A stretch of 64,000 nucleotides of DNA from Phoronis australis (Eukaryota > Animalia > Phoronida), in assembly GCA_002633005.1 (NCBI GenBank), contig NMRA01000508.1, positions 204,031 to 268,030 of the forward strand, read 5' to 3'. Position 1 is the first letter of the stretch. Every line of letters begins with the position of its first letter. Below the pieces are notes generated by a model, which searched no databases, was not told the DNA's origin, and was given only the letters and a program-made list of their open reading frames with translations. The position numbers and the translations under genes are program-made. Shown here one piece after another: positions 26,701 to 38,700 of the stretch.

Positions 26701-29700
26701 GATCCACTAAAAGTATTGAAGTTCACCACTAGAGTGAGCTCATGCATGTCACTAGCAGTCATGAGCCCAAAAGGTGGCACTGCTCAGTGGCGGAATAAGA
26801 CGGGGGCCAAGGGGGCCATGGCCCCCTAAAATTATGATCCCAGATTCCATTTGGCAGTTCGGGGGTGCGAAAGTCTGACAGGTAAAATCTTGGCTAATAC
26901 TCTGCCCTGCCCCCCCCCCCCTAACTCAAAATCCTGGATCCGCCCCTGCTGCTCACCACTGAATGAAGGGACTGAGATCAGCAACACACTCAGATGTCAA
27001 AAAAGCCCCACCACAGTTTTCCATAGACTAGAACCCACCAGGCTCATTCGGCAAACACACATTGGACTGGGCGCAAAAGCACATATTAGACAAATGTACA
27101 CAGTGCTCGCCAACAGGGCCAGTTACTTGAATATGAGACCACATCTACATGGGTCTGTATATAGAAGTTTACTGGCCCGGCCCAAATTCACTAGCCCTGG
27201 GCCACCCTGTATTTCGAACGCTGACTGTACACCTCATTTTAAAATAAACAATTACTTACATGTAAAAGTAATTGTTTATTATGAAATTCTTTAGTTAAGT
27301 GCTGGATTTTATTATTTACTAAATTCAACATCACTTTGACGGTTGTTTCTATTACCACAATATCAGATAAATTTGATAACAGCCCACAGAGTTAAAACTT
27401 CAGGAACTACGAAACGCTTCAAGTCTTCCTAATTCTGTAGTGAAATGTTTGGGATTAAAAAGTGCAGCAACTGTAATCATGAATATCATAACCATCAAAC
27501 ACCAATAATTTTTTACTGCAAGTGTTTGTAATAATATTATTACTGCTACTGTTACTGTTATTATTACAATTACTTACACATTGTATGTCCATTCTTGCAT
27601 GAGGCTTGCTTGATGCCAGTGAAAGCAAGAGCTGAACAGGGTTAAGGTCACAAACATGAAAAATGAAATTTCGTCAGGTTTATCAATGACACACTGAATA
27701 TCATCCATAGTGATTACAAGAAGTCCCAAATGTAACCCTGTCCCGCATTTGGTCGACACTTGACTGAGAGATAAAGTTGCTAAGCAGTGCAGTGGACAGT
27801 GCAATCTGCTGCTAGGGCCAAAAAATTAGCAGACAAGTACCGTAGCTGACTTCTTGCCAACCAGTGGGACAACAATTTATGACCTGCGCTATACCTAGTA
27901 CATGCTAAGTGAATATAAACAAAGCGAAGGTAAACATGTTTCACCAGAATATTGCAATGCTGTGAGGATACATTCATTACAGATGGCACACAATTCTTCC
28001 TCTTTCTCTAAAGACTTTGTTGCACTGACTGCCTCCTTCAGGCAAATCCACTCAGATGATGACTTGGTCTCTAACCATTTTGACAAGGGAAGTAACTCTG
28101 AAACACAAAAAATAAGTTAGATAAATGTGCATGCCAAGAATTCTACCATGAGACTTGGCTTACCTCAAAATCCAACTGCTGCCTACTGGTTCGGTAATTG
28201 GCTCAATTATGTTGCACACCCAGCAGAATTAATGAGACACACAATATGGCAACACTGCACACAAATTTTAGCCATTATGTACTTTTCACGAAAAATTCAA
28301 ATAACAAAAAACTTTAAAAACCGAAATTCAAAAAGACTATTATCCCCTGCAGTTTGTTTTGGACGGGTCTGATTATCAAGAGAACAATAACATCAGCAGT
28401 GTGAGGTGATGTATCAACAGCATGGATAGGTGTCTTTGATCCTTGTGGCTGATTCCGAGGAATGCAAATCGGTCGAGTCCCTATGTTTAAGTTGCACAAT
28501 TTCACGAAAAAGAACAAAGTGTTGAAATTTGATTTCACATACAATGCGTCATATTATTAATGAAAAATTTTGCCTCAGGCATTTTAAAAGATTCATTTGA
28601 ACACCATTTATTAACATTAAACAAATAAGAAGAACAAGGTAGTAAGTAGTAAAAATAAGATATTTTAAAAATTACACTGCCACCTAATGGTAGAATTTCA
28701 AACTACAGTTAACACTAATACCTGGACCATTATGATGTTTATAATAAACAGGTGATGAATGCAGAATTTTAAAAGTGGTTTATGCTGAACGAACATAAGA
28801 AGGACGCTTCAACAGTTATTTCATTCTCAGTATTTTATTGCTCTGAAGTCATGCGGTAGTTGGTCTGCAGAGAGGACTTAGATAAGAACCCACAATACAT
28901 GTAGGTTACTTGGGGCTTGCAGATCTTGCACAAATCTATTGTTTTCAAGTTTCAACAAACAAACATAAGTTACATTGTAAATCCTGTTTTTCCCTAAACC
29001 CACCTGAAGGTTGGGCCAATCTCAGTAATTCCACATTTTCCATAAACCTTCGCCTCAGTAGCTCCTCCTCTAGTCTGTTCACTGCTTCAACAGACTCCTG
29101 GAAATACACCAGAGAACTGAAGGCTGTGGCAAGAAATACAGTTGAAGGGCAGAATCAGTGTGAAGCCCGATAGCACCGGGGTGGTGTGGTAAAATCTCTT
29201 CAATTTAGTATACAATATGGCCGACAAGCAATCAAATAATGAAGTCTATGCTCAATTTATGACTGACTTCCACCTTTTCGAGATGAAAAACTAGGTCAAC
29301 TGGAGCAAGGGCACACCGCAATGGGAAAATGTCCGCTGGAATACCCAAAAACACCTCACAGCATTTTCCGTCATTTTTGTAGTGCCTGTAAAATAGTACT
29401 AGTGCCTGTGAATTAGAATAGGTGCCTGTGAAATAATTCAAGTGCCTGTGAAATAGAACTGGGAAATAGGGGATTAACTATGAAGTCAATTTCACCGAAT
29501 GAGTCATTTTGATGATGCGACAAAATGCAGGATAAAGCTTCAAAAAGTGCAGAAAGCGGTACAGTTAGCCATCCTGCAGTCACATGAGTTTTGACTGAAC
29601 ACTGTCTCATGTCAACATGTAAACCATTGTCAGGTATATTTCAGACGAGTGCGGCCTCCAGTGTGTCTCAACACTTTATCAAAAGTACGTTGCTATGATC

Positions 29701-32700
29701 AAATTATACACAATGACTGCACCTGTGGTCTGTCTGAAATTGTACAGTCTTTACAGTGAAGGATTTCCAGGAAGATTGTTCATCTCAAGTCAGAGACACA
29801 GACNNNNNNNNNNNNNNNNNNNNNNNNNNNNNNNNNNNNNNNNNNNNNNNNNNNNNNNNNNNNNNNNNNNNNNNNNNNNNNNNNNNNNNNNNNNNNNNNN
29901 NNNNNNNNNNNNNNNNNNNNNNNNNNNNNNNNNNNNNNNNNNNNNNNNNNNNNNNNNNNNNNNNNNNNNNNNNNNNNNNNNNNNNNNGTATTACTGCTGT
30001 GTCATTTAAGAATTCGGTTATTAGACATACTTGACCAAACTAAGATTCAAATAGCTTTCGATTAATAGCTATGACTCCTCCTTTACGGAGGAAAAATAAG
30101 AAAATCACGTATAGAACCATCACATCCCAACATCAGGGCTTGGAATGACCAATGACAAAAAGAGAAAAAATTTCCAGGTTATGTATCGTACCACAAATAG
30201 AAATATTAGTTGGTATTATAAAATTTAACTGAAATAAACACTTTTGCATGACAAAGTCATAATAATGATGAAAAAGAGACAAAAAAGATGAAACTGGAAA
30301 TAAAATAAGATGAAATCGAAACTAAAAAAGAGGAAATCCTCTTAAAGGATGAAAATTCCAAGCCCTGCAACACCCCATAATTGTCTTCAACTTTCCCACC
30401 TCACCCTCAACCTTCTCAACCCTCTCACCACCACCATCCATTCCTCTTTAAGGATAATTATTCTTCAAACTATTTTCAGTCAAGATGAGTCTGTTCACCC
30501 AGTACTTTTTGTGTTATTCATTATTAAAATCTTAAAATATTGTCTTTAATAACTCCGACACACAAAAAATGTGATTGTGGTTTCAGTGCTCGCAAACAAG
30601 TTAAAGATCCTCTTTCGGCTTCGCTTTTATAAAAATCAGTTCAAGATGAATTTCAACACAAATCAGCTTTAATATTTTTTTTTCTCAAATGATGCTATTT
30701 GACTATGGCACCGGTTCCTCTTTAAAACAAACATTGTCAAAAGTACGATACAAAAAACCTCCAGTTAAACACGGACTCTATATGACGGAGGTTTCAAAAT
30801 CCACAATTTATTTAAATAAACTGAGTACAACGTTACGGATTCCTCGCTGTCATTTGTCCGTCATCAAGACTTGCATGTCAATTATCAACCACGCTTCAAA
30901 ATTCATTCACATTTTAAAAATATTTTTGTTTGACAATTTTCATTGAAACTGCTTTACTTCTAAAGCATTCTTTTGTAAGTGAAACACCGACCGACATGGT
31001 GTTCTGGTGTTTCATACTCCATCCAGCATTATACTGGCAACAGGAGAACAGGAGCCTGTTGCACCACCTGTTGTTTCCAAACGTTGCTACAGGTTACAGT
31101 AACCTGTTATCACCTCATGTGGCACCCAGCCTAAAAATGGGGGGGCTCGAATTTTTGAGAATAGGGACGTTTTGCTAAGATTCACGGGGTACATTCACAA
31201 CTGTGCAAACCCTCAATTTTAGTAGTTCCCGCCTTTCTAGTGGACTTTTGTTTCGTTCTACTTTTTTTGGAATTTTTGTCTTTCTAAGGACCTTTTTGCC
31301 AACTTTGCTAAATGGTGGCTTGTTTGAGCCCCCCGATCACACCCTGGGTGCACGCAAGCACCTCCTTACCAAAACCAAACTTGCTTACCCTGTAAAGTTT
31401 CCAGTTTGAAGAACTGCTTATTTTTAGCAAAGGTAAAAATCTTCGTTTTGCAGTACATAAACAATCTTCTTAAAAGATTATTGAAATAAGTAATATGTGC
31501 CAGCTCACCTTTTCCCTTCACCCCCTTTTCCACCCTCCCTCCTTTCTAAGTAGTCTTTACACTCCTATGAAAAATAGACAGGTGGCAAGGTGCACCAGGT
31601 GTGCTTAGGTCTCACAGTCGGGCCCATTGCAATAATCATCTGATTAAGACTCGAGGGGTTTCCTCAACATGAGGTTCCCCGTGAGTAGTCTTCTAACCTT
31701 CCTGGTTATCCAGGAAATTATACACCTAGTGCCTGAAGTACTTCAAGTTCTAGATTATCACTCAGCACCACAGATACATATCAGGCAAAATCAACATAAA
31801 TTTCACCTAATGGTTTTTCCTAGAGATAACTACCATTTAGAAAAACAAGACCAGCAGACAATGCTGTTATATCTAGACAATCCAACTCTTCAGACAGCCG
31901 TCTCGTGGAGCGTAACACAGACACACAGGTTGAATTAGGAGACTACTGAATGACCACAAAAGTGACACATGTATACAATCAGTAGAAAGGCATTGAATTG
32001 ACTTGGAATAACCAATGAGTAGACATTATGTGTTGGACAGTCACCCAGGTGCCATAGATCCTGATATACATACATGTAAGTAAGTGTTAAGGTAACTAGT
32101 AACCATGTGCTTAAAACTTATTCATGATACAAACAAAACCAAGTCGAGTATAACAAGAGCAATACAAAGCATTGATTTGCGCCCACCATGTGCATCCCAT
32201 AGAGGCGCAGAATATTAAATGGAGCAACAGCCTGTAGAGGGTGCATAGCAAGTCAGCAATGCTCTCCTGATTAGGAACACACTTGCCAAGCTCGTAAAAA
32301 ATTGGCACTGGGGGGGGTCCAGTGGTAGTCAGATACGTCCAAACGTCCGTCTGTTGTCACACTCATAGAAATGCACTGTCTTGGCAAATTTCACAAAGAC
32401 CCAGCAAACAGAATTGGCTAAGAAAAAAACAAACTGCCATTATTTTAAATAATTTGTCCACTGTTACAATACTCACAACAGAACATCTTCTTAGCCAACA
32501 GTCCAACTGAAGCCTGGCCAAACTACAGGTACACAGCTCTGTACTAGACAAAGTATCCACTGTACTGCCACTAGGTGGTGCTGTTGAACTACCCAGTTGG
32601 TCACAGGTGTTATTCGATGAAGAACTATCTTCTGGTTTTGTCTTCGTATTGTCACTATTAGAGAACTTTTCCTCTGAGCTGCTGTTCTCAAAAGAATTGT

Positions 32701-35700
32701 CTGGTTTGGGTGCAGACAACAGAGATATATTCAACAAACAGTCGGTTTTTAGACGCTGGTTTTCTAAAACAAGAAAAGCAAAACGGTGGTGCATATAGTC
32801 ATCACTGGCACCGTTCATAGCAGATAGTAAACCCTGAATCAAAATCATGAGCCTTTACGGTCAGAGCTTTCAGATCCATGGAGACCCCTTCAGATCCATG
32901 GAGACCCCCTTCAGATCCACGGAGACCCCCTTCAGATCCATGAAGACCCCCTTCAGATCCATGAAGACCCCTTTCANNNNNNNNNNNNNNNNNNNNNNNN
33001 NNNNNNNNNNNNNNNNNNNNNNNNNNNNNNNNNNNNNNNNNNNNNNNNNNNNNNNNNNNNNNNNNNNNNNNNNNNNNNNNNNNNNNNNNNNNNNNNNNNN
33101 NNNNNNNNNNNNNNNNNNNNNNNNNNNNNNNNNNNNNNNNNNNNNNNNNNNNNNNNNNNNNNNNNNNNNNNNNNNNNNNNNNNNNNNNNNNNNNNNNNNN
33201 NNNNNNNNNNNNNNNNNNNNNNNNNNNNNNNNNNNNNNNNNNNNNNNNNNNNNNNNNNNNNNNNNNNNNNNNNNNNNNNNNNNNNNNNNNNNNNNNNNNN
33301 NNNNNNNNNNNNNNNNNNNNNNNNNNNNNNNNNNNNNNNNNNNNNNNNNNNNNNNNNNNNNNNNNNNNNNNNNNNNNNNNNNNNNNNNNNNNNNNNNNNN
33401 NNNNNNNNNNNNNNNNNNNNNNNNNNNNNNNNNNNNNNNNNNNNNNNNNNNNNNNNNNNNNNNNNNNNNNNNNNNNNNNNNNNNNNNNNNNNNNNNNNNN
33501 NNNNNNNNNNNNNNNNNNNNNNNNNNNNNNNNNNNNNNNNNNNNNNNNNNNNNNNNNNNNNNNNNNNNNNNNNNNNNNNNNNNNNNNNNNNNNNNNNNNN
33601 NNNNNNNNNNNNNNNNNNNNNNNNNNNNNNNNNNNNNNNNNNNNNNNNNNNNNNNNNNNNNNNNNNNNNNNNNNNNAAAAGCTCTGATTCACATACTGTA
33701 AAATCCCACTAATTTGTTACAAAATAATTTCTAAAATTGTCCTTTTCTGATGTTCAAATTCTTCTTACATCGTTAGGAATTCGTAGATTAAGTTTTCAAA
33801 CTTTTGTGCTACAGCACATACAATGTTCCATACCACACTTCAACACGGTAAAGCATGAATTCTGTGCTATACATCTCACATGAAAAAATAAGAAATTCAC
33901 CTGTCCACCACACTGTGTTCTACATTTGTACGGTTTTACCATTAGCACAGATTGAATATGGCGAGTTACTGACAGTGAACACAGTCAATGTTGCCCTTAT
34001 TCCATTTATTCAAATTACAATTAGACAAAAGTAATCGACAAAATAACGTTGTCCCCATCATGACAGTTAATTATGTTAACAACAAAATAGTAATTGCTAA
34101 CAAGGCAGACAAATTCCAATTACAAAATGGCTTCGACAACTTAATGACTTTGATTCCTATTAACTCCCTTTAATTCTCGGTCACCAGCGGAGACTACAGT
34201 GTACTCTGGTGATGGATTTGGCTTCCGGCCAATCGTCAAGCTGGGAAGTTCTGTGTCATATTGTTTGAATATTTTTACTTGGACTGAAGATCAGCAACAC
34301 AAGGTTACAAGCATATTGTGGATTTGTCAAATATACCTTTAGTGTTAGGATGAACGTATTGACACTAACAAATACATAAAGACTTAAGTTGGGGGAATCA
34401 TGTCGCAGCAACTTACCTTGAACAAATGCCTGGCACGACGTGGCTAAGTCCACTGCTTGACAAATGTAGAGTGTCGATTTTGGAACCATCTAACGGGAAC
34501 ACAGATATATAATGAACAACCAGTCTGCATTATGAACTTAAATAATCTTCACTGGAAAGATTTAAAATTAAAATATATGGTGCCTTTTCATAAGCCTGGA
34601 TAATATAATTTGTGCTTGATACTACTTCAAGGTGTATCTCACATGCAACGTGACGACCGTCTTTATCTTTGTGCTGTATCCAGTATGAGTGATGGTGTCA
34701 TGGACGAACGGGATGCAATTATTTTGATCACATGTGGGTAAAAAGAAAACGAATTTTCCAGGGCAACACAAATTGTTAAAGATAGTCAGCTTGAATAGTG
34801 TCAATGACACGCAATCCTATTCAAACTTTTCAACTTACAACGGTTACCAGAAATTTAGAAGTCATTAAATGGGTCACAGATTTTGAGAACAAGTTTGATA
34901 CCTATTGTTTAGTGGAGAAAACTGGCTCTCAAGATGTGGAGCAATGTATAACTAACTATTAATGGAAAGTTGACTAATCGAACGGGCTTATTCGAGGTGT
35001 TTGACAAGACTGTTGCTGGGCCTAGCTAGGTGGCCACTGTATTATGACTTCTGAGGATGGTGTTTAATAAATGACACCGAAACATGTCAAGTTTTAAAAC
35101 CGTTGTTGTTTTCGTGAACAAAGACTGCAAATGTTGAATCCTTGTGAAGCAATGGTGTTAACATTAGGAGTACATTACAGAACCATGTTGTATTTAGCTT
35201 TCATCAGTTTAGTGATACTGGGTCTATGTACTAGAATAGACAAGCACATCAATAAGACAGCTGTCACTATACAGTGCCAAATATCCTCAAGAGTGGAAAT
35301 ACAAGAGATTTCACATGTTTATGAATGACTATTACTTTCCACATAATGAGTTCTCAAATGAATACAACGTTATAGATACGCACACTTCATTCAAACTTTT
35401 AAGACTCGTTGTTCCTCAAGATATGAATATTCATGAGCAGTATCAACTTTGCCGTTTCCCACGGCGTCACATGTGTCATTATTGTGACATTATGTGACAT
35501 TATTGGAAGATTTTCGCAACATTTTTAAGGGCATGGTGTGAATTATTGGCGAGTACTAGACAATAGAGGAAGTCCTATAAGTACAATGTTTATCAAGGAT
35601 CAACATGGCCACCACAGCTCAGTCACAAAATGGCTAGAATTACATAAAAATAAAAACTTAAGTCAATATGAAACTACACTATGGCGAATCCATCTAAAAG

Positions 35701-38700
35701 TCAAGTGGAGGAATCATGGACAAGGTTAAAATCAGACAGACATTTAATACTTGAGTTTACAGTACGAAGTATGAGATTTTATGCAATATATATGACATAT
35801 ATTTATTTTGCCATACATTATCACGTCATTCTTTACCGATGGTGATTAAAGCTACACTAATCAAGAAGAGCAAATATTTCAGTGAATATTATGATTTCCT
35901 CAAGAATGCTGAATTTTTTCTATTCCACAAAAACATTGAGGATACATTTTTGAATGTATATGTCAGTGGGCATAATAATTGCCTAAAAGGCAAACTGAGC
36001 GATCTCTAACAAAGCAAATTTTCAAACTCTGGAACAGTAAGACTGTAACTTAAGCAAGTTTTAAAAATGTTAGCCAGTCGAAGCGAGCCATAATTTGTCA
36101 CATGACTTGGGCAATCATATCACAAATAGGAAATAAAAGCTGCCACTTGAACACAGTCACAGTGTTTACAAATGTAAGACTACTTGGTCACAGCATCTTA
36201 CTTCTGTATTGAAAATTTCTCTTTTTAATATAGAATTTATTTCTATCAAAGCTGACTAGAATCATTTAAAACACATTTCAAATTAATATGTACAACAAAT
36301 TAATGCTACATTGACCAAAAGCATCTTCAGAAATGGTCCCCTTTAAATAAGACAAGTTTAAGTAACCATTCTCAGTTGCCAAGGCAATAACCTTTGACCT
36401 CGGTATACCTTTTGGTATATCGTATTTATTTTGCCATACATTATCATGTCATTCTTTACCTACGCTGATTAAAACTTCAAGTAAGAAGAGCAAACGTATT
36501 TCTGTGAATATCATGATCTCCTCGTGGATGCTTAATTTTTTTCGTTTCCACAAAAACATTTTTGAAATCAATGTATATGTTCGTGTGCATTTTTGATTGC
36601 CAGAAAGGAAAACTGAAATATAAAACAATTTCCAAACTGGAACTGTGAAACCATAACTAGGCAGTCGGAGAGAGACGTAATTTGTCACATGACTCGGACA
36701 ATAATACCAAGGAAACAAGAACAACGCGAAGCGTTCAAATGCACCCACGAATGCATTGCTAATGGTGTGTTTTTAGGGCTGTTTATTTGTATCATTAAAA
36801 TGGCCACTAGATGGCGCAAAGTACGTCGAATCTGTCTGAAAATATCATCGTTTCTTTAAATGAAAGCCATTTACCAACTTTTCACCGAGAACCTTCAGAG
36901 AAACACAGGGAAAACAAAAAAACGAAATTGCCACTAGGGGGCACAGTGTTCATCGGATCCGTCTAAAAGTCTTCATCTACTCTGACTTGTTAACTTCATA
37001 TAAATACACGTGTTATATTTAATTAAGATCCTGCAGAGGGCTTAGGAGATACAGGTATGGGTGCAAAACAAAANTTTAAGTAACCATTCTCAGTCGCCAA
37101 GGCAATAACCTTTGACCTCGGCATACCTTGTGGTATATCGTATTTATTTTGCCATACATTATCATGTCATTCTTTACCTACGCTGATTAAAACTTCAAGT
37201 AAGAAGAGCAAACGTATTTCTGTGAATATCATGATCTCCTCGTGGATGCTTAATTTTTTTCGTTTCCACAAAAACATTTTTGAAATCAATGTATATGTTT
37301 GTGTGCATTTTTGATTGCCAGAAAGGAAAACTGAAATATACAACAATTTCCAAACTGGAACTGTGAAACCATAACCAGGCAGTCGGAGAGAGACGTAATT
37401 TGTCACATGACTCGGACAATAATACCAAGGAAACAAGAACAACGCGAAGCGTTCAAATGCACCCACGAATGCATTGCAAATGGTGTGTTTTTAGGGCTGT
37501 TTATCTGTATCATTAAAATGGCCACTAGATGGCGCAAAGTACGTCGAGTTTGTCTGAAAATATCATCATTTCTTTAAAGGAAAGCCATTTACCAACTTTT
37601 CACCGAGAACCTTCAGAGAAACACAGGGAACACAAAAAAACGAAATTGCCACTAGGGGGCACAGTGTTCATCGGATCCGTCTAAAAGTCTTCATCTACTC
37701 TTGTTAACTTCATATAAATACACGTGTTATATTTAATTAAGATCCTGCAGAGGGCTTAGGAGATACAGGTATGGGTGCAAAACAAAAACAAAACCGCCAC
37801 AAGGATGCACCACAGTAGTCAAAGTGGACAGAAAATCATCGGCAACTGTCCCTTCATAGAAAGAACGTACATGTCAACTTTGACAATCATCTTTAGAGTG
37901 GTTTGGTTGACAGAAGGATGAATGCCACAAAACAGACTCAAAAACAACAAAAATGGCCACTAGGTTGCGCAAAAAACCTTGAATCAATCCGATGATGAAT
38001 GGCTAGCGTCACCTCACTAATGGATGTCTATGTGCCAAATTTTATGGAAATCCATTGAGTACCTTTGAAGATACAGCGATAAACATAAAAAACTAAAATT
38101 GCCACTAGGGGGCACACCGGAAGACCCATCTGTCTGAAAGTCATCGTCGTTTGTTGTCAAAATACATTTTCTAAATTTAATAAAGATCCTGTAGAGCGTT
38201 TAGGAGATACAGCCATGGGCGCAAAAACAAACAAAAGTGCCACTAGGAGGAGCCACAGTAGTCAAAGTCATCGGAAAATCATCGTCAAATGTCTTCTTCA
38301 TAGTAAGACCATACATTCCAATTTTCACAATCATCCTTAGAGGGCTTTGGTTGTTAGAGGGGCGGACGCCAAAAAATCGACTCGAAATTAGTAAAAATGG
38401 CAACTAGATGGCGCAACATCCACCGAAGCAATCCGAAAACGGGAAGATGGCGTCAACTCGTTAATAGATGCCAATGTACCAAATTTCATGAAAATCGGTT
38501 GAAGACCTTTGAAGATACAGAGGCAAACGTAAAAATCTAAAATTGCCACTAGGGGTACAGCAGTAATCGGGTCGGTCCAAAACTCATTGCCCTCTGTCGT
38601 AGACCCCATAGGAACACACCTGCCAATTTTCAATAGGATCCTCCAAAGGGTTTAGAAGATACAGCCGCAGACACCGGACGCCCAGACACCCAGACAGAGA

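Noticed and set aside
29232-31564. Extra candidate GTF3C4 exons (31509-31564 and ~29268-29385)
   Set aside because: They can be joined in phase but are not needed (flanking exons are both phase 0), show no similarity, and one acceptor lies in a tandem repeat.
29695-33701. Long ORFs in the track (104, 92, 296 and 284 aa)
   Set aside because: They run through N gaps and a minisatellite; artefacts.
36449-37466. Duplicated 99-aa ORFs
   Set aside because: Intronic, no motifs; duplication explained by the single-N haplotype join.
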